Shown in pieces: positions 29,001 to 39,345 of a stretch of DNA of 64,000 nucleotides (position 1 is its first letter; each line of letters starts with the position of its first letter). The DNA comes from Callorhinchus milii. Taxonomy: Eukaryota. The position numbers and the translations under genes are program-made. The notes under the pieces were generated by a model. That model saw only the letters and a program-made list of their open reading frames with translations, had not been told where the DNA came from and made no database searches. The DNA is taken from the NCBI RefSeq assembly GCF_018977255.1, contig NW_024704763.1:7564001-7628000 (forward strand). Direction: 5' to 3'.

Positions 29001-32000
29001 GTGAAATTCTTGGCAAAAATTGTAGATGAACACATTCCCACAATTAAAATTTCACCTCTCTCTCCTCCCACCTATCTGTGCTCCGTCTTACAGGTCTTTT
29101 AAATTTTAAATGCAAGTTCTTTAATTCTGCTAGAACTAGTTCTGCCAAGTCTTAATTAAATAACTTCTCACCAGTTAAATAACTTACTCACATCTCTATC
29201 ATCTATTCCTCTTGTTGTTTTAAAGATTTCACTAACTCAGTTGCGCGCTGTGTTAACAGCATGGAACATGCAGGGGTACTCAATTAATTTCATAGTCAAT
29301 GTATTACAGCAACAAAATACAGTCAGGCTACTCCTTCATAATCATTCTACAATGTCCCATTGCTGAAAGTACACATATGGAGTCTGGGACAAAACCACAC
29401 CTAGTAAAGACCAAGTCATCAATATGTCGTCTCAAAATGTTGCAAGAATGGCCACAACGTACAATATAGCTGACGTAATAGGGGTTGGGCCCTCAACTAT
29501 CTGTGAAATCATATTCTAACAAGTTACCACCTTAGGAAAGGAGAACATTTCTTCAGCTTTTATCACAAAAAAATCGATTTGTTTTCTAAGCTCAACTGCA
29601 AGTTGAGAATATTAAATAGCCACCACCACTTCCTTATTGATATTTTAAAATGTAAATTATTGATTAACCAATTTTCAGAGCAAGTTAGTTTGCATTTTGT
29701 TTATTTTAAATGATACAATCAGACGGTGTAAATGTTGCTTCAATATATTTTATTCCATGTTGGAAGATTTAATGCCAGTCTGGGCTTCGTTCATCACATT
29801 CCACACATGATGCACTCCACAGTGATTCAGAGAATGGATGCGATTTGATGAGACAATATTGCAGCATGCTGAACCACTAATACAAATAACAGTCTAAATT
29901 CCCTAAACTACCGAGTTAACAATCTAGACATGATTGTGGGAGATAATTACCAGTCACCGTCATGGTGCAGATTTTTTTTAAAACAAATCTGAGAGATTTT
30001 ATTGAATACCCTCCTTTCACCTAGAGCATAGTTTATTCTTGACCTCTGGCCACACACAACCCCAAAAACTCAACCTCAATTTTCATGATTAAACAAGTCG
30101 ATTAAATTATTCATGAAAATCACTTTTTAGAACCTACTACAGTTGCAAATATCCAGGCAACTACTGGATCACCTTTATATATTAAAAAAAACTGCAATTG
30201 ATGGGTTCTAAACACGATTAGTCTAAAACTGTCTTGCCACCAACTACTCCAGTCGGCTAGTTCGGGCAGAGGCTGCTATCCCTGGAAATACCGTAGCATG
30301 CTGCAGATAAGTAGTATAGCAGTCCCATAGGGGATAGAGTGACCATTTCTCTGCTGCAGGTGTTAAAAATAAAGATGACTTTCGCTCATCTTCTCCAACA
30401 CAATATTTTCTATGCCGGCAAATTAAAATTAGTGTATTTTTGACAATGTGATATTTTTGAATGAACTGGATTCTGGCATTAATTGGCTTCTCATTGCAAA
30501 ACAGCCAGTGCTTCATAATTCAAAATGATTAAGATTTAGGACACTGTTAACTGAAGGTACTTGCTACTCTGTATGTATAGTTCATTTTTGGACTAACTCA
30601 AAAAAGTGGATCAATGGATCAGTAAAGCAGCATTATATTTCACAAGAGGCAGCTTACAGGCTAACCTATCTTCAAGCAATAACATAAAATTGATAATTAA
30701 AGGCAGTGGGAACTTTAAGATTAAAACTGCAATATTTGCTTAAAATGTACATCTCCCCAAAATGAACGAATTCAACAAGCTCTGGAGGCAAATGTTTTAT
30801 GCTGCGTACACACACCTTTACATAATGTATTTTCCTCCAGGCCCTCTTATTTGACTGTGTGTCGAGAGGAGCATTTGATTCTTAACACTGCAAGTCATAC
30901 TGACCTTATTCTATGCTGGTGTTGAACAAGAGGTTATTTAGCAGCATATTGGCCATGCAATGATCAGTTCATATACTAAAATCCATACTGTAAAAAGGAA
31001 GTATTTTGAGGCCTCTCTGGAAGACACTGCCAATGTCCCTAATTAATACAGCAATGGTGTTCACTTTCAGGATTTCCCCTGACCTTGCAGCTCCTCCATT
31101 ATTCTCATGCTGAATGACATTGATTTCCGAACCTCTTCCAGCCTGGACCACAATAATCCTAACACACAGCTATCTTTTTTTTATTAAAACATATGCACAG
31201 CTACTGCATGACAGAAGATTTTTTAAAATGTCATTTTAACCCCTACTCTCCCCTCTTTAAGATAAAGGTGAATTACATAACTGCCGGATCAATTTCTAAA
31301 AATGCCAAGTTTTTCTTTGTAAATATGACAAACGCGGGTTGGGATACTATTTTCTAATTCATTTGCTCCCTTTTTTCATAAACTGAACACACACAAATTA
31401 CCGACAACCTGCCCCCCCTCTTCCTCCCCATTTGTGACTCAACAGGATTTAATTTCAATCTCTGCAACAAAACAACACATTTTGCTTCACTTTAAATCGC
31501 AATGAAATTTGAGAAAAAAATGGAAACGAGGGGGTAGTGGTGGTGGTAGTGGGGGGAAAGGAGAAAAGAAAAACAACATTAAATATAAATTAGCATTCCC
31601 CTCTCCGCCGTCTTACAGCATTGATTTCACCGCTGTAACTAAATCATTCCAAATGTGGCTGTTCTGGTACTGTACTGTTCGGCACTGGGGCAAAGCCACG
31701 GGGAAAAAAACAGGTTAGAATATATTTAAAGGGGGAAAAAAGGGGGAGAGGAAGAGGGGGGGGGGGGCACTATCACAGTCAGGTCGGGCTCAATCCTCGT
31801 GCATTCCCTCCCGCATTGGGGTTTTATAGGGATTTGAGAGGAGAATCGAGTATTTATTGATACGAAATACTTCACCGTCTTCAAACTCTTAATTCTCTTT
31901 TCATACGAACAGCAACAACAACGACAGCAGCAACAACAACATGAAGGGCACCACTCCTCGCCACTGAACTGTGCATTCACGGAGTTTGCATTTGATTGCA

Positions 32001-32137
32001 ACACAGAAGCCAACACTACAACAAACTAATGTTTATTTTTTAAAAAAGGGTTGAAGGGGGTGTGGGGGGGACATTAATAAATAAAACGCCCGCAGTTAAA
32101 GCCGTATTAAGATGCAAAGCCTTATCCACCACCACAA

Positions 32138-32757
32138 CCCCCCGCGCCCCCCCGCACACCGGCCCCCCCCGCACACCGCCCCCCGCTCTCCCCCCGCACA
32201 CCGGCCCCCACTTCCCCCCCGCACACCGGCCCCCACTTCCCCCCCGCACACCGGCCCCCGCTCCCCCCCCCCCGCACACCGGCCCCCGCTCCCCCCCGCA
32301 CACCGGCCCCGCTCCCCCCCCCGCACACCGCCCCCGCTCCCCCCCCACCGCCCCCCCCCGCACACCGGCCCCCACTTCCCCCCGCACACCGGCCCCCGCT
32401 CCCCCCCCCCCCGCACACCGGCCCCCGCTCCCCCCCCGCACACCGGCCCCCGCTCCCCCCCCCCCCGCACACCGGCCCCCGCTCCCCCCCCCGCACACCG
32501 GCCCCCGCGCCCCCCCGCACACCGGCCCCCGCTCCCCCCCCCGCACACCGGCCCCCGCTCCCCCCCCCCCCCCCCCCCCGCACACCGGCCCCCGCCCCGC
32601 ACACCGGCCCCCGCCCCGCACACCAGCCCCCCCGCACACCAGCCCCCCTCCCCCCCCCCGCCCCCGCCCCCCCCCCCGCACACCGGCCCCCGCTCCCCCC
32701 CCCCGCACACCGGCCCCCGCTCCCCCCCCCCGCACACCGGCCCCGCTCCGGCCCACA
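32138..32757. repeat. GC-rich minisatellite, ~23 units with core GCACACCGGCCCC separated by variable poly-C tracts
   Basis: About 23 GCACACC cores counted by eye; explains the Gly/Pro-rich pseudo-ORFs in six frames. Confidence 0.92.
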
Positions 32758-33210
32758 CTGACAGGGAAGCAAACAGCAGCCTGAAAAACAGCTGAACCGC
32801 CACAGCCTCGGCTGGGGGGAGGGGGGGGTAAAATGCGGAATTAAACGCTCTCCCTCCCCGAGGCTGGGGCTCTCTCTCCCTCCCCCCCACCCCCTCCAGG
32901 CTGGGACTCCCCCCCACCCCCTCCAGGCTGGGGCTCTCTCCCCCCCCCCAGGCTGGGGCTCTCTCAGGGCCCGACACAAGCAGCTCCCCGTGAGCCGTCA
33001 CCCCGTCCCCGGGACCACCCCTCTCTCTCTCTCTCTCTCTCTCCCCGGGGCTCCCTCCCTCCCTCCCTCCCGTCCTGCAGCGTCGCTCCCCCGCAACCTC
33101 ACGCCGGTTCCCGCTTCCCAACACACCGGGGTTCACTCCACACCCCCCACCCCCCCGCCCGGTGCTCTCTGTGTGTGTGTGTGTCGGGGAGAGGGAGGGG
33201 GTGCACTTAC

Positions 33211-33325
33211 CGCTCTGCGCGAGGGCCGTGCGGGGGCCGCTGAGCGCCAGGAGAGCGCACAGGGCGGCGGTCAGGGCGGCGGAGGCTGAGGCTGAGGCGG
33301 AGTGCGGGCCCCGGCGCGTTGCCAT
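33211..33325 (-). CDS. NPTN: Neuroplastin exon 1 coding part (signal peptide): MATRRGPHSASASASAALTAALCALLALSGPRTALAQS
   Basis: Strong Kozak gctaccATGG, hydrophobic core, donor G|gtaagt at 33210, 115 nt phase 1, joins exon 2 as QS-AGFVKSP as in human QN-AGFVKSP. Confidence 0.93.
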
Positions 33326-33403
33326 GGTAGCGCTGCGCTGCTGTCCGTGTGGCGGTGGCGGTGCCGCTGCTGCTCCGCGAGCCTCCGACAGCCGTCCGCC
33401 CGC

Positions 33404-33478
33404 TATCGCGAGACTCGCGCCGCATCCCCTCCCCCCCCCCCCCCCCGGGGGGACGCGGCGCCGCCCAGCGCCTGCGCA
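33404..33478. promoter_or_regulatory. CpG-island promoter motifs: BANP/ZBTB33-type TATCGCGAGA (33404-33413), GC box (33461-33466), NRF1-like GCGCCTGCGCA (33468-33478)
   Basis: Motif matches 80-150 bp upstream of the NPTN ATG; binding is inferred only. Confidence 0.6.
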
Positions 33479-33500
33479 GTGACAGTGGCCCACAGCTCGC

Positions 33501-33675
33501 GTCATGACCCTGAGCTGCCGCAGAGGGGCGCTGCTGCTGTCGCCTTTCCCTCCCCCCCCCCACCCCTCTCTTCGAGCCGCTTGCGCAGCGGCGCCGTTGT
33601 CAGTGGTCATTACCCCGAGCTGCCGCAGGTGGCGCTGTTGCGGTTATTACCCCGCGCTGCCGCAGGGGGGCGCTG
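33501..33675 (+). promoter_or_regulatory. Three same-orientation ~33-bp units resembling CTCF sites with an upstream module
   Basis: GTCATGACCCTGAGCTGCCGCAGAGGGGCGCTG (33501), GTCATTACCCCGAGCTGCCGCAGGTGGCGCTG (33606), GTTATTACCCCGCGCTGCCGCAGGGGGGCGCTG (33643). Confidence 0.6.
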
Positions 33676-33780
33676 CAACAGCATTGCCTGAGACTGGGAG
33701 CAGCGGAGAGTTTGGGCAGATCACGAGTTCGGTCCCAGCCTCAGCCGCGCTTCCTGGTGACCTGTTCCGGTCGTTAATAT

Positions 33781-34098
33781 AACAATAATAATCCCTGCAT
33801 TTGATATAGCGCTTTTCACGTCGGGAGGACGTCCCAAAGCGCTTCACAGAACACACTGTAAAGTGAATTGACTGTATATTTGTGGGCGAACGCGGCAGCC
33901 AATTGCGCACAGCAATGTCCCACAAACAGTCGTAGATTGAAAATGACCAATTTATTATTGTTTTTGGTTTTGGAGGGATTATTATTAGGCTCTGTGTGGA
34001 GTAAGGAAACTTGCCCAAGGTTTCGCCCTCTGCCTGGAAGTGAACTCAGGTCTCTCACTTGCAAAGCGAGTGCTCTAACCACTGAGCTACAGGACTCC
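33781..34098 (-). mobile_element. Full-length young tRNA-derived Deu SINE at the upstream edge of the NPTN CpG island
   Basis: Reverse complement of the 11094/25765 family; its head abuts the (AAT)n tail of an older SINE fragment at 34101-34200. Confidence 0.92.
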
Positions 34099-35067
34099 CC
34101 ATAATAATCCTGGCATTTGATACAGCGCCATCGGGGCGTCTCTAAGCGCTTCACAGAATGTACTGTAAAATGAACTAACTGTGTGTTTTGTGGGTGAATT
34201 GCCCTCTTTAATTACCCAGAGGTTAATTACCCTATTGGGTAAAGAAAAAACTCCTGGTGTATGTCCTGAAATTGCCCTTTACAACTCGAAACTACTGACT
34301 TCCGGTTCTACTGTCTTACATAATAATAATAATAATAATAATAATCCTTGCAATCGATATAGCACCTTATCACATCTTTGAGAGACGACTCAAAGCGCTT
34401 CACAGGATATACTGTCAAGCGATGTGACTGTGCATTTTGTGGGCGAAACACGGCAGTCAGTTGTGCACACACAGCAGCGTCCCACAAGCAGTCGTGGATT
34501 GAGCGAGCAAATTATTTATTTTTCTTGGTACATCCCGAAGTATTTATCCAGCTTTACCTTTTTCAATGCCATTTTAAATATAAACACCGCTACAAGGTCC
34601 CTTCTGAGTCGTCTTCTCTCGGCGCCTTGAGACGTCTCGAAGACGTGATAAGGCGCTGTATCAATTGCAAGGATTGGTATTATTATTATTATGTTCTCAG
34701 TCTGAAGGTTCATAGCGGCCGTGTGGATTGGGTTTTGACACCCGTTGGGGAGAAAGCGTCACTTCAGCAATGTAAAACCACATAGAGTCGACAGTAATGG
34801 CTACAAATAGTCTGGTGATGATCACAAGCTGCTCGGTTTGGATGAACAAAGCCCTTCCTTCCAGAACACCCTCCCTGGCATCCTCTCGTCACAGTATCAA
34901 GCTGCTTTTTAATCGAGTCCATGTGTCCACGTGGTAACTGGAACACCCGATGTCCCATTTCTGTCTGAAATGTTGGTGTGACCGCTATTATATATGGTTT
35001 CACTGAAAATGTATTGCAAGCAATACACTTTATTCTGGACAATTATTGTTCCTTCACAAGTAAATAA

Positions 35068-35340
35068 GGTGTCAGCCTGGCTCAGTCGGTAGCACTTTGG
35101 GTCAGAAATTTGGGGGTTTAAGCCCCACGTCGGGACATTGAATTGATATAGTCCAGGCTGACACTCCTGTGCGGTGCTGGGGGAGGTCAGCATTGTTAGA
35201 GATGCCGTCCATCGGCTGGGATGTTAAACCAAGGTCCCGTGTAACTGTTCAGGTGGATGTTAAAGATCCCAAAGCACTATTGGAAAAATGAACCAAGTTT
35301 TTACTGGTGTCCTGGTCAAAAATCCCCCAAATATATTGTT
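35068..35340 (+). mobile_element. SacSINE1-like Deu SINE (second family; head ggtgtcagcctggctcagt)
   Basis: tRNA-like head, then gatgccgtcc...gttaaaccaaggtccc...ggtggatgttaaagatccc; related copies near 41000-41160, 45459-45697, 49497-49800, 51800-52120, 52905-53200, 54165-54470. Confidence 0.75.
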
Positions 35341-36159
35341 ATTGGTCAATGCAATAAGGTGTTATGTCAAGTGTAAGGATTATTTTTACAGGTTATGTTA
35401 TTGTTGCTGGATATTCAGTTAACATTTACAGTATTCGTTTCATTCAAATCTCATTAAATTTTAAAGTCAATCACATTAGAGTATATTCTGTGAAGCACTT
35501 TGAGAAGTCTCAACAATGTGGTAAGAGGCTCATTGTCAAATGAAAGGATAATTATTATTACTGCATTATTGCTGCAGATCCCAATCAATCCGACATCTTT
35601 TAGAGCCCTATGAGGTCCCCTCTGAGATATTGTTTTAAGGTTGAGGAACCTGTCTTACTTAATCCTTCCTCAGTTACAGATTTAGAGTTATACACAGGAA
35701 GTATTTATTTACACAGCTGGAATAGGTTACCAGGAAGGGCAATTGAGGATTCCGGTTACGTTTAAAAAGTAGCTTGATCCTGTAATAGGAAGACGGTAGG
35801 GTGGGTATTCTGTAAGGATGAGATCAAATAGTCTTCTTCAATGTAACTCCTTTTATGATCCCTGTGCAATTTATCTAAGTGGAAACAGATGTATGGAATT
35901 ATTTCACTTGTGGCAAAAAAAATCTAAAGAATAAAAGTCCTCTGTCCGCTAAGAGTTCTGAACACATGAATATTGATTAAAAATCAAAAGTCCAAAAGCT
36001 GGAAAAACTGAAATCCTCCTATGTCAGGAGGCCATCTCAAAGTCCCTTACGTGATTCACTTTAAAATGTAGTGGCTGTGTGTTTTGTAGGTGAACGCGGC
36101 AGCCAATTGTGCACACAGCGATGTCTCACAAACAGCCAGGAAGCGTTGGGGAATTGTTG

Positions 36160-36644
36160 AATCAAAAACAGATGACGCCGGGAGCACTCAGCAGGTCAGG
36201 CAGCATCTATGGAGAAAGGAAAGTGAGTCAACGTTTCGGGTCCATGACTCTTCGTCAGAACTGGGACATGTTGGGAGGGAGAGGCTTTTAAGGGCTAACA
36301 GTGAGGGGGGAGTCAGGGCCAGGAAGACAAAGGAGAAAATTGGGTAGCGGACAAGGTATGATGGGTTAAATGTGTGTTAATGATGCAAAATAAAGGGAGG
36401 GGGAAATTGCAACAGAATAGGCAGACGAGAGAGAGAAAAGGTGTGTCTGGGACCCAGATGATGTGGTGTTGGTCACAGAAGAGGGGGAGGGGAAGGTGAG
36501 CTGTTAGGGTCTGAAATTGTTGAAATCAATATTGAGGCCAAAGGGCTGTAAGGTCCCGAGCAAATAGATGAGGTGCTGTTCCCCGAGCTTGCACTGTGGC
36601 TCATTGGAACAGCGTAGGAGACCGTGGATGGAGAGGTCAGAGCG
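36160..36644 (-). mobile_element. Penelope-like retroelement 3' fragment (GIY-YIG C-terminus, 3' UTR, pseudo-LTR)
   Basis: Minus ORF ends SDLSIHGLLRCSNEPQCKLGEQHLIYLLGTLQPFGLNIDFNNFRP*, resembling the C-terminus of Penelope GIY-YIG endonucleases; followed by a pLTR-like segment (ctcagcaggtcaggcagcatct). Confidence 0.75.
36226..36262 (-). ncRNA. Minimal type I hammerhead ribozyme motif in the Penelope pLTR
   Basis: Minus strand AGTT-CTGACGA-A-GAGTC-ATG-GACCC-GAAACGTT-GACT: both conserved core boxes, stem II with one mismatch, palindromic ACGT mini helix III, 4-bp stem I. Confidence 0.6.
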
Positions 36645-38670
36645 CGAGCCACAATGTCCCACGAACAGCCATGGAGTCAATACTGTAACTAATGGGAAAA
36701 ATATAACTGTTCTGCTTTTTGAAATAAGATCACAGCTACAGCAAAGTAAAGCTAAGGCAATCTTTTCGGGTAAGAAGGATGTTCTCCGATGCTTGCTGTC
36801 GATAAGAGCGATGGCAAGAGGAAGCTGCAAACAGGAACAGGTAAGTTTCCACCGGTCAAGAAGCAACAAGCAGCGATTTAATTCAATTCGCTCCTCGCTT
36901 TAGTGTTGCGCCACACCACGTACCCCTCAGTGTTACATTTTTACTCACAGGCCTAGACTAACCCCATTCCCACTCTCAGGCCTAGGTCTTAGACCGAGAA
37001 GCTTTGGTAAAAATAGATATGTTGAATTATTACCCTATTACAATTTTGTCCTTCAGATGAGACATTAAACCAAGGATCCGTCTCCATATTTAGATGGATG
37101 TTAAAGATCCCATGATACTATTCAAAAAGAGAAAGGGAGTTTCTCCCAGTGTCCTGGCCAATAAATCTGAAAAATAAAACTGGTCACTCACTCCACGGCT
37201 GTTTGTGGAACATTTCTGTGCGCAACTGACTGCCACGATAGCCGACAAAACAGTATATCCTGTGAAGTGCTTTGAGATGTCTCGACGATGTGATACGGCG
37301 ATATATCAAATGTAAGGATAATTATTATTAATTCTGTACAGTTGGTAAAGCTCTTCTGAGGTGGTGAGGCGGTTTAATAATCTTTACATTTGGCATAGTG
37401 CCTTTCACATCAGGAGGACGTCTCAAAGCACTTTGCATGATTTACTGTAAAGTGGAGTGCCTGTGGGTTAAAATATGTTAGCACAGAGCACGGGGACGTT
37501 TATTCTGGGTCTAGCATTTCGTCAACAAAATATACAGTCAAACCACTTAACAGCATATTCTGTGAAGCGCTTTGAGATGTCTTGAAGACGTGATAAGGAT
37601 CTATAGTGCAAATATTATTATTATTATTATAACTCAAAGTCTCCGCCATCAACCATTGCTCCACTTTATCACAATGATGTGTGCAGCGCAGTGCACATCA
37701 GAGAAATGATCTGTTTAACAGGAAACCATAAAACATGCAGAGAGGGCAATTTTGGAAATCTGGCAACTCGTAACAGATTTCCTGCAGCATTGCACATCGC
37801 AGGCCGCCGAAAGGTTAATCCCAGGCGGATGCAACGTCTGCTACAACAGATTTCCTGCTGCACTCACTGTACACTTTGTGGCCCTCGTGCGCTAACTTGA
37901 CTCTTTACCGTTTTCGAGATAATTTATCATGATGGGACTCATTTTTGAAGTTCGAACGAGCCTGTCCGTTTTTGACAGTGCGGTGTAACTAACACGGGAC
38001 GTTAATCTGCCCACTTCGTTGAATCTAGCAGATGATGTGCTTTGGTTACGATCACAGATTGGGGGTGTGAACAGTGGAACGAACAGACAGATGAATTTTA
38101 ATGGGCTTCTCCACCCTAGCGGTGGAGAGGGCGGAAAGATGACCGAAGGCGCGGTCAAAGAGTTGGACCTCGAATGAGGTGCGATAAGGGAGGGAGTCAG
38201 CTAAAGACCAAAGAGGACAGTCTTGAGACGGATAAACATTAAAATAAAAGGGTAAATATTAAAGTGAATTAGAATTGCAAAATATCCCTGGGATTTTTTC
38301 CAAGCACATTCAATGAAGGGAATAGAACAGTTCTCATTGATTTTGTACACTAGCTGCTCACAGCAATTGCACGCCTGACACCAAGGCAATGCCCATGCAA
38401 TGCCGTGTTGATTTAAAGCTAATGAGAGGCAGGAGATTTCCTGTATACAGTACTGTAATTGCAGGACTGTGGCAAATTCGTAAACACTGCCTCCATTTTC
38501 AAGTCGGTTTTCTGTAAATTTCTTCCAATGACAGAAAATGGGTTTGAAAGTTAATACTGATATTCAACAACTTGCCAAATTCCGGAGGCTCTGAAATGCT
38601 GCAGAAATAGAGTAAATTTAGTCCCGGTGGGAATAACCTTCTTTGTTAGAACTAAGGCTCTTAGGACTAA

Positions 38671-39016
38671 GTGGAGTCTTGTAGCTCAGTGGTTAGAGAG
38701 CTCGCCTCGCAAGTGAGAGAACCCAGGTTCAACTCCCCAGGGAGGGCAAAACCTAAGGTAACTTTCCTTACTCCACACGCCCCTGTTGACCCAGCAGTAA
38801 GTAGGAACCCGGTTGTTAGTCGATTGGCGGGTCGCTATCCAGGTGTAATAATCCCTTAAAAAAATATGGTCACTCAATCCACGACTGTTTGTGGGAAACT
38901 GCAGGGCTGAGTTTCGGCCACACAATATACAGCCAAATCACTTCACAGTATATTTTGTGAAGCGCTTTGAGATGTTTCAATAACGTGAAAAAGCACTATA
39001 TCCAATGCAAGGGTTA
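38671..39016 (+). mobile_element. Full-length tRNA-derived Deu SINE, long variant
   Basis: Same head as the short variant plus an extra ~64-nt segment (38782-38845); older-type tail. Confidence 0.85.
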
Positions 39017-39029
39017 TCACTAGCAGGAT

Positions 39030-39345
39030 GTGTGGAATTTGCTCCGGCCTGCTTCAAGTCCCCCGCTTCGCCCACCACACCATTGGCGGGCGAGCCTTCA
39101 GCCACTCTGCCCCACCCTCCGGAACTCCATCCCGCAGTCCCCTCGCCTCACCCCCTCCCTTGCCTCCTTCAAGCCACGTCTCAAGCCCCTCCGCTTTGAC
39201 CCTGCCTTCAATCACACTCCTCCCCCCCTGCCCTCCACCTTCCTCGTTCCCGACCCCCAGGTCGGGTCCAAAACACTGACTGTCCAGCGCCTTGGGACCC
39301 CCTCCCGACATGAAAGGTGCTATACAGATGTAATTTTGTTACTGC
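39030..39345 (+). mobile_element. L2 3' fragment
   Basis: HTIGGRAFSHSAP-like coding end, C-rich UTR, tail cagcgccttgggacccctcccgacatgaaaggtgc. Confidence 0.8.

Larger units (their letters stand above)
32090..33780. promoter_or_regulatory. CpG island spanning the NPTN promoter, exon 1 and start of intron 1
   Basis: Abrupt GC- and CpG-rich segment in an otherwise AT-rich, CpG-poor sequence, centred on the NPTN start codon. Confidence 0.88.

Noticed and set aside
31901-31942. Minus-strand MLLLLLSLLLLFV as an alternative NPTN leader exon
   Set aside because: It is a (CAA/CAG)n microsatellite, ends in TGA, and the only GT is a weak phase-0 site incompatible with exon 2.
32040-32979. Long Gly/Pro/Arg-rich ORFs (227-285 aa) on both strands
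   Set aside because: They arise from the stop-free GC minisatellite in NPTN intron 1.
32096-33610. 504-aa minus ORF as a single protein
   Set aside because: Only 33325-33211 is coding; a consensus donor follows, the upstream ATGs probably lie before the TSS, and the rest is intronic repeat.
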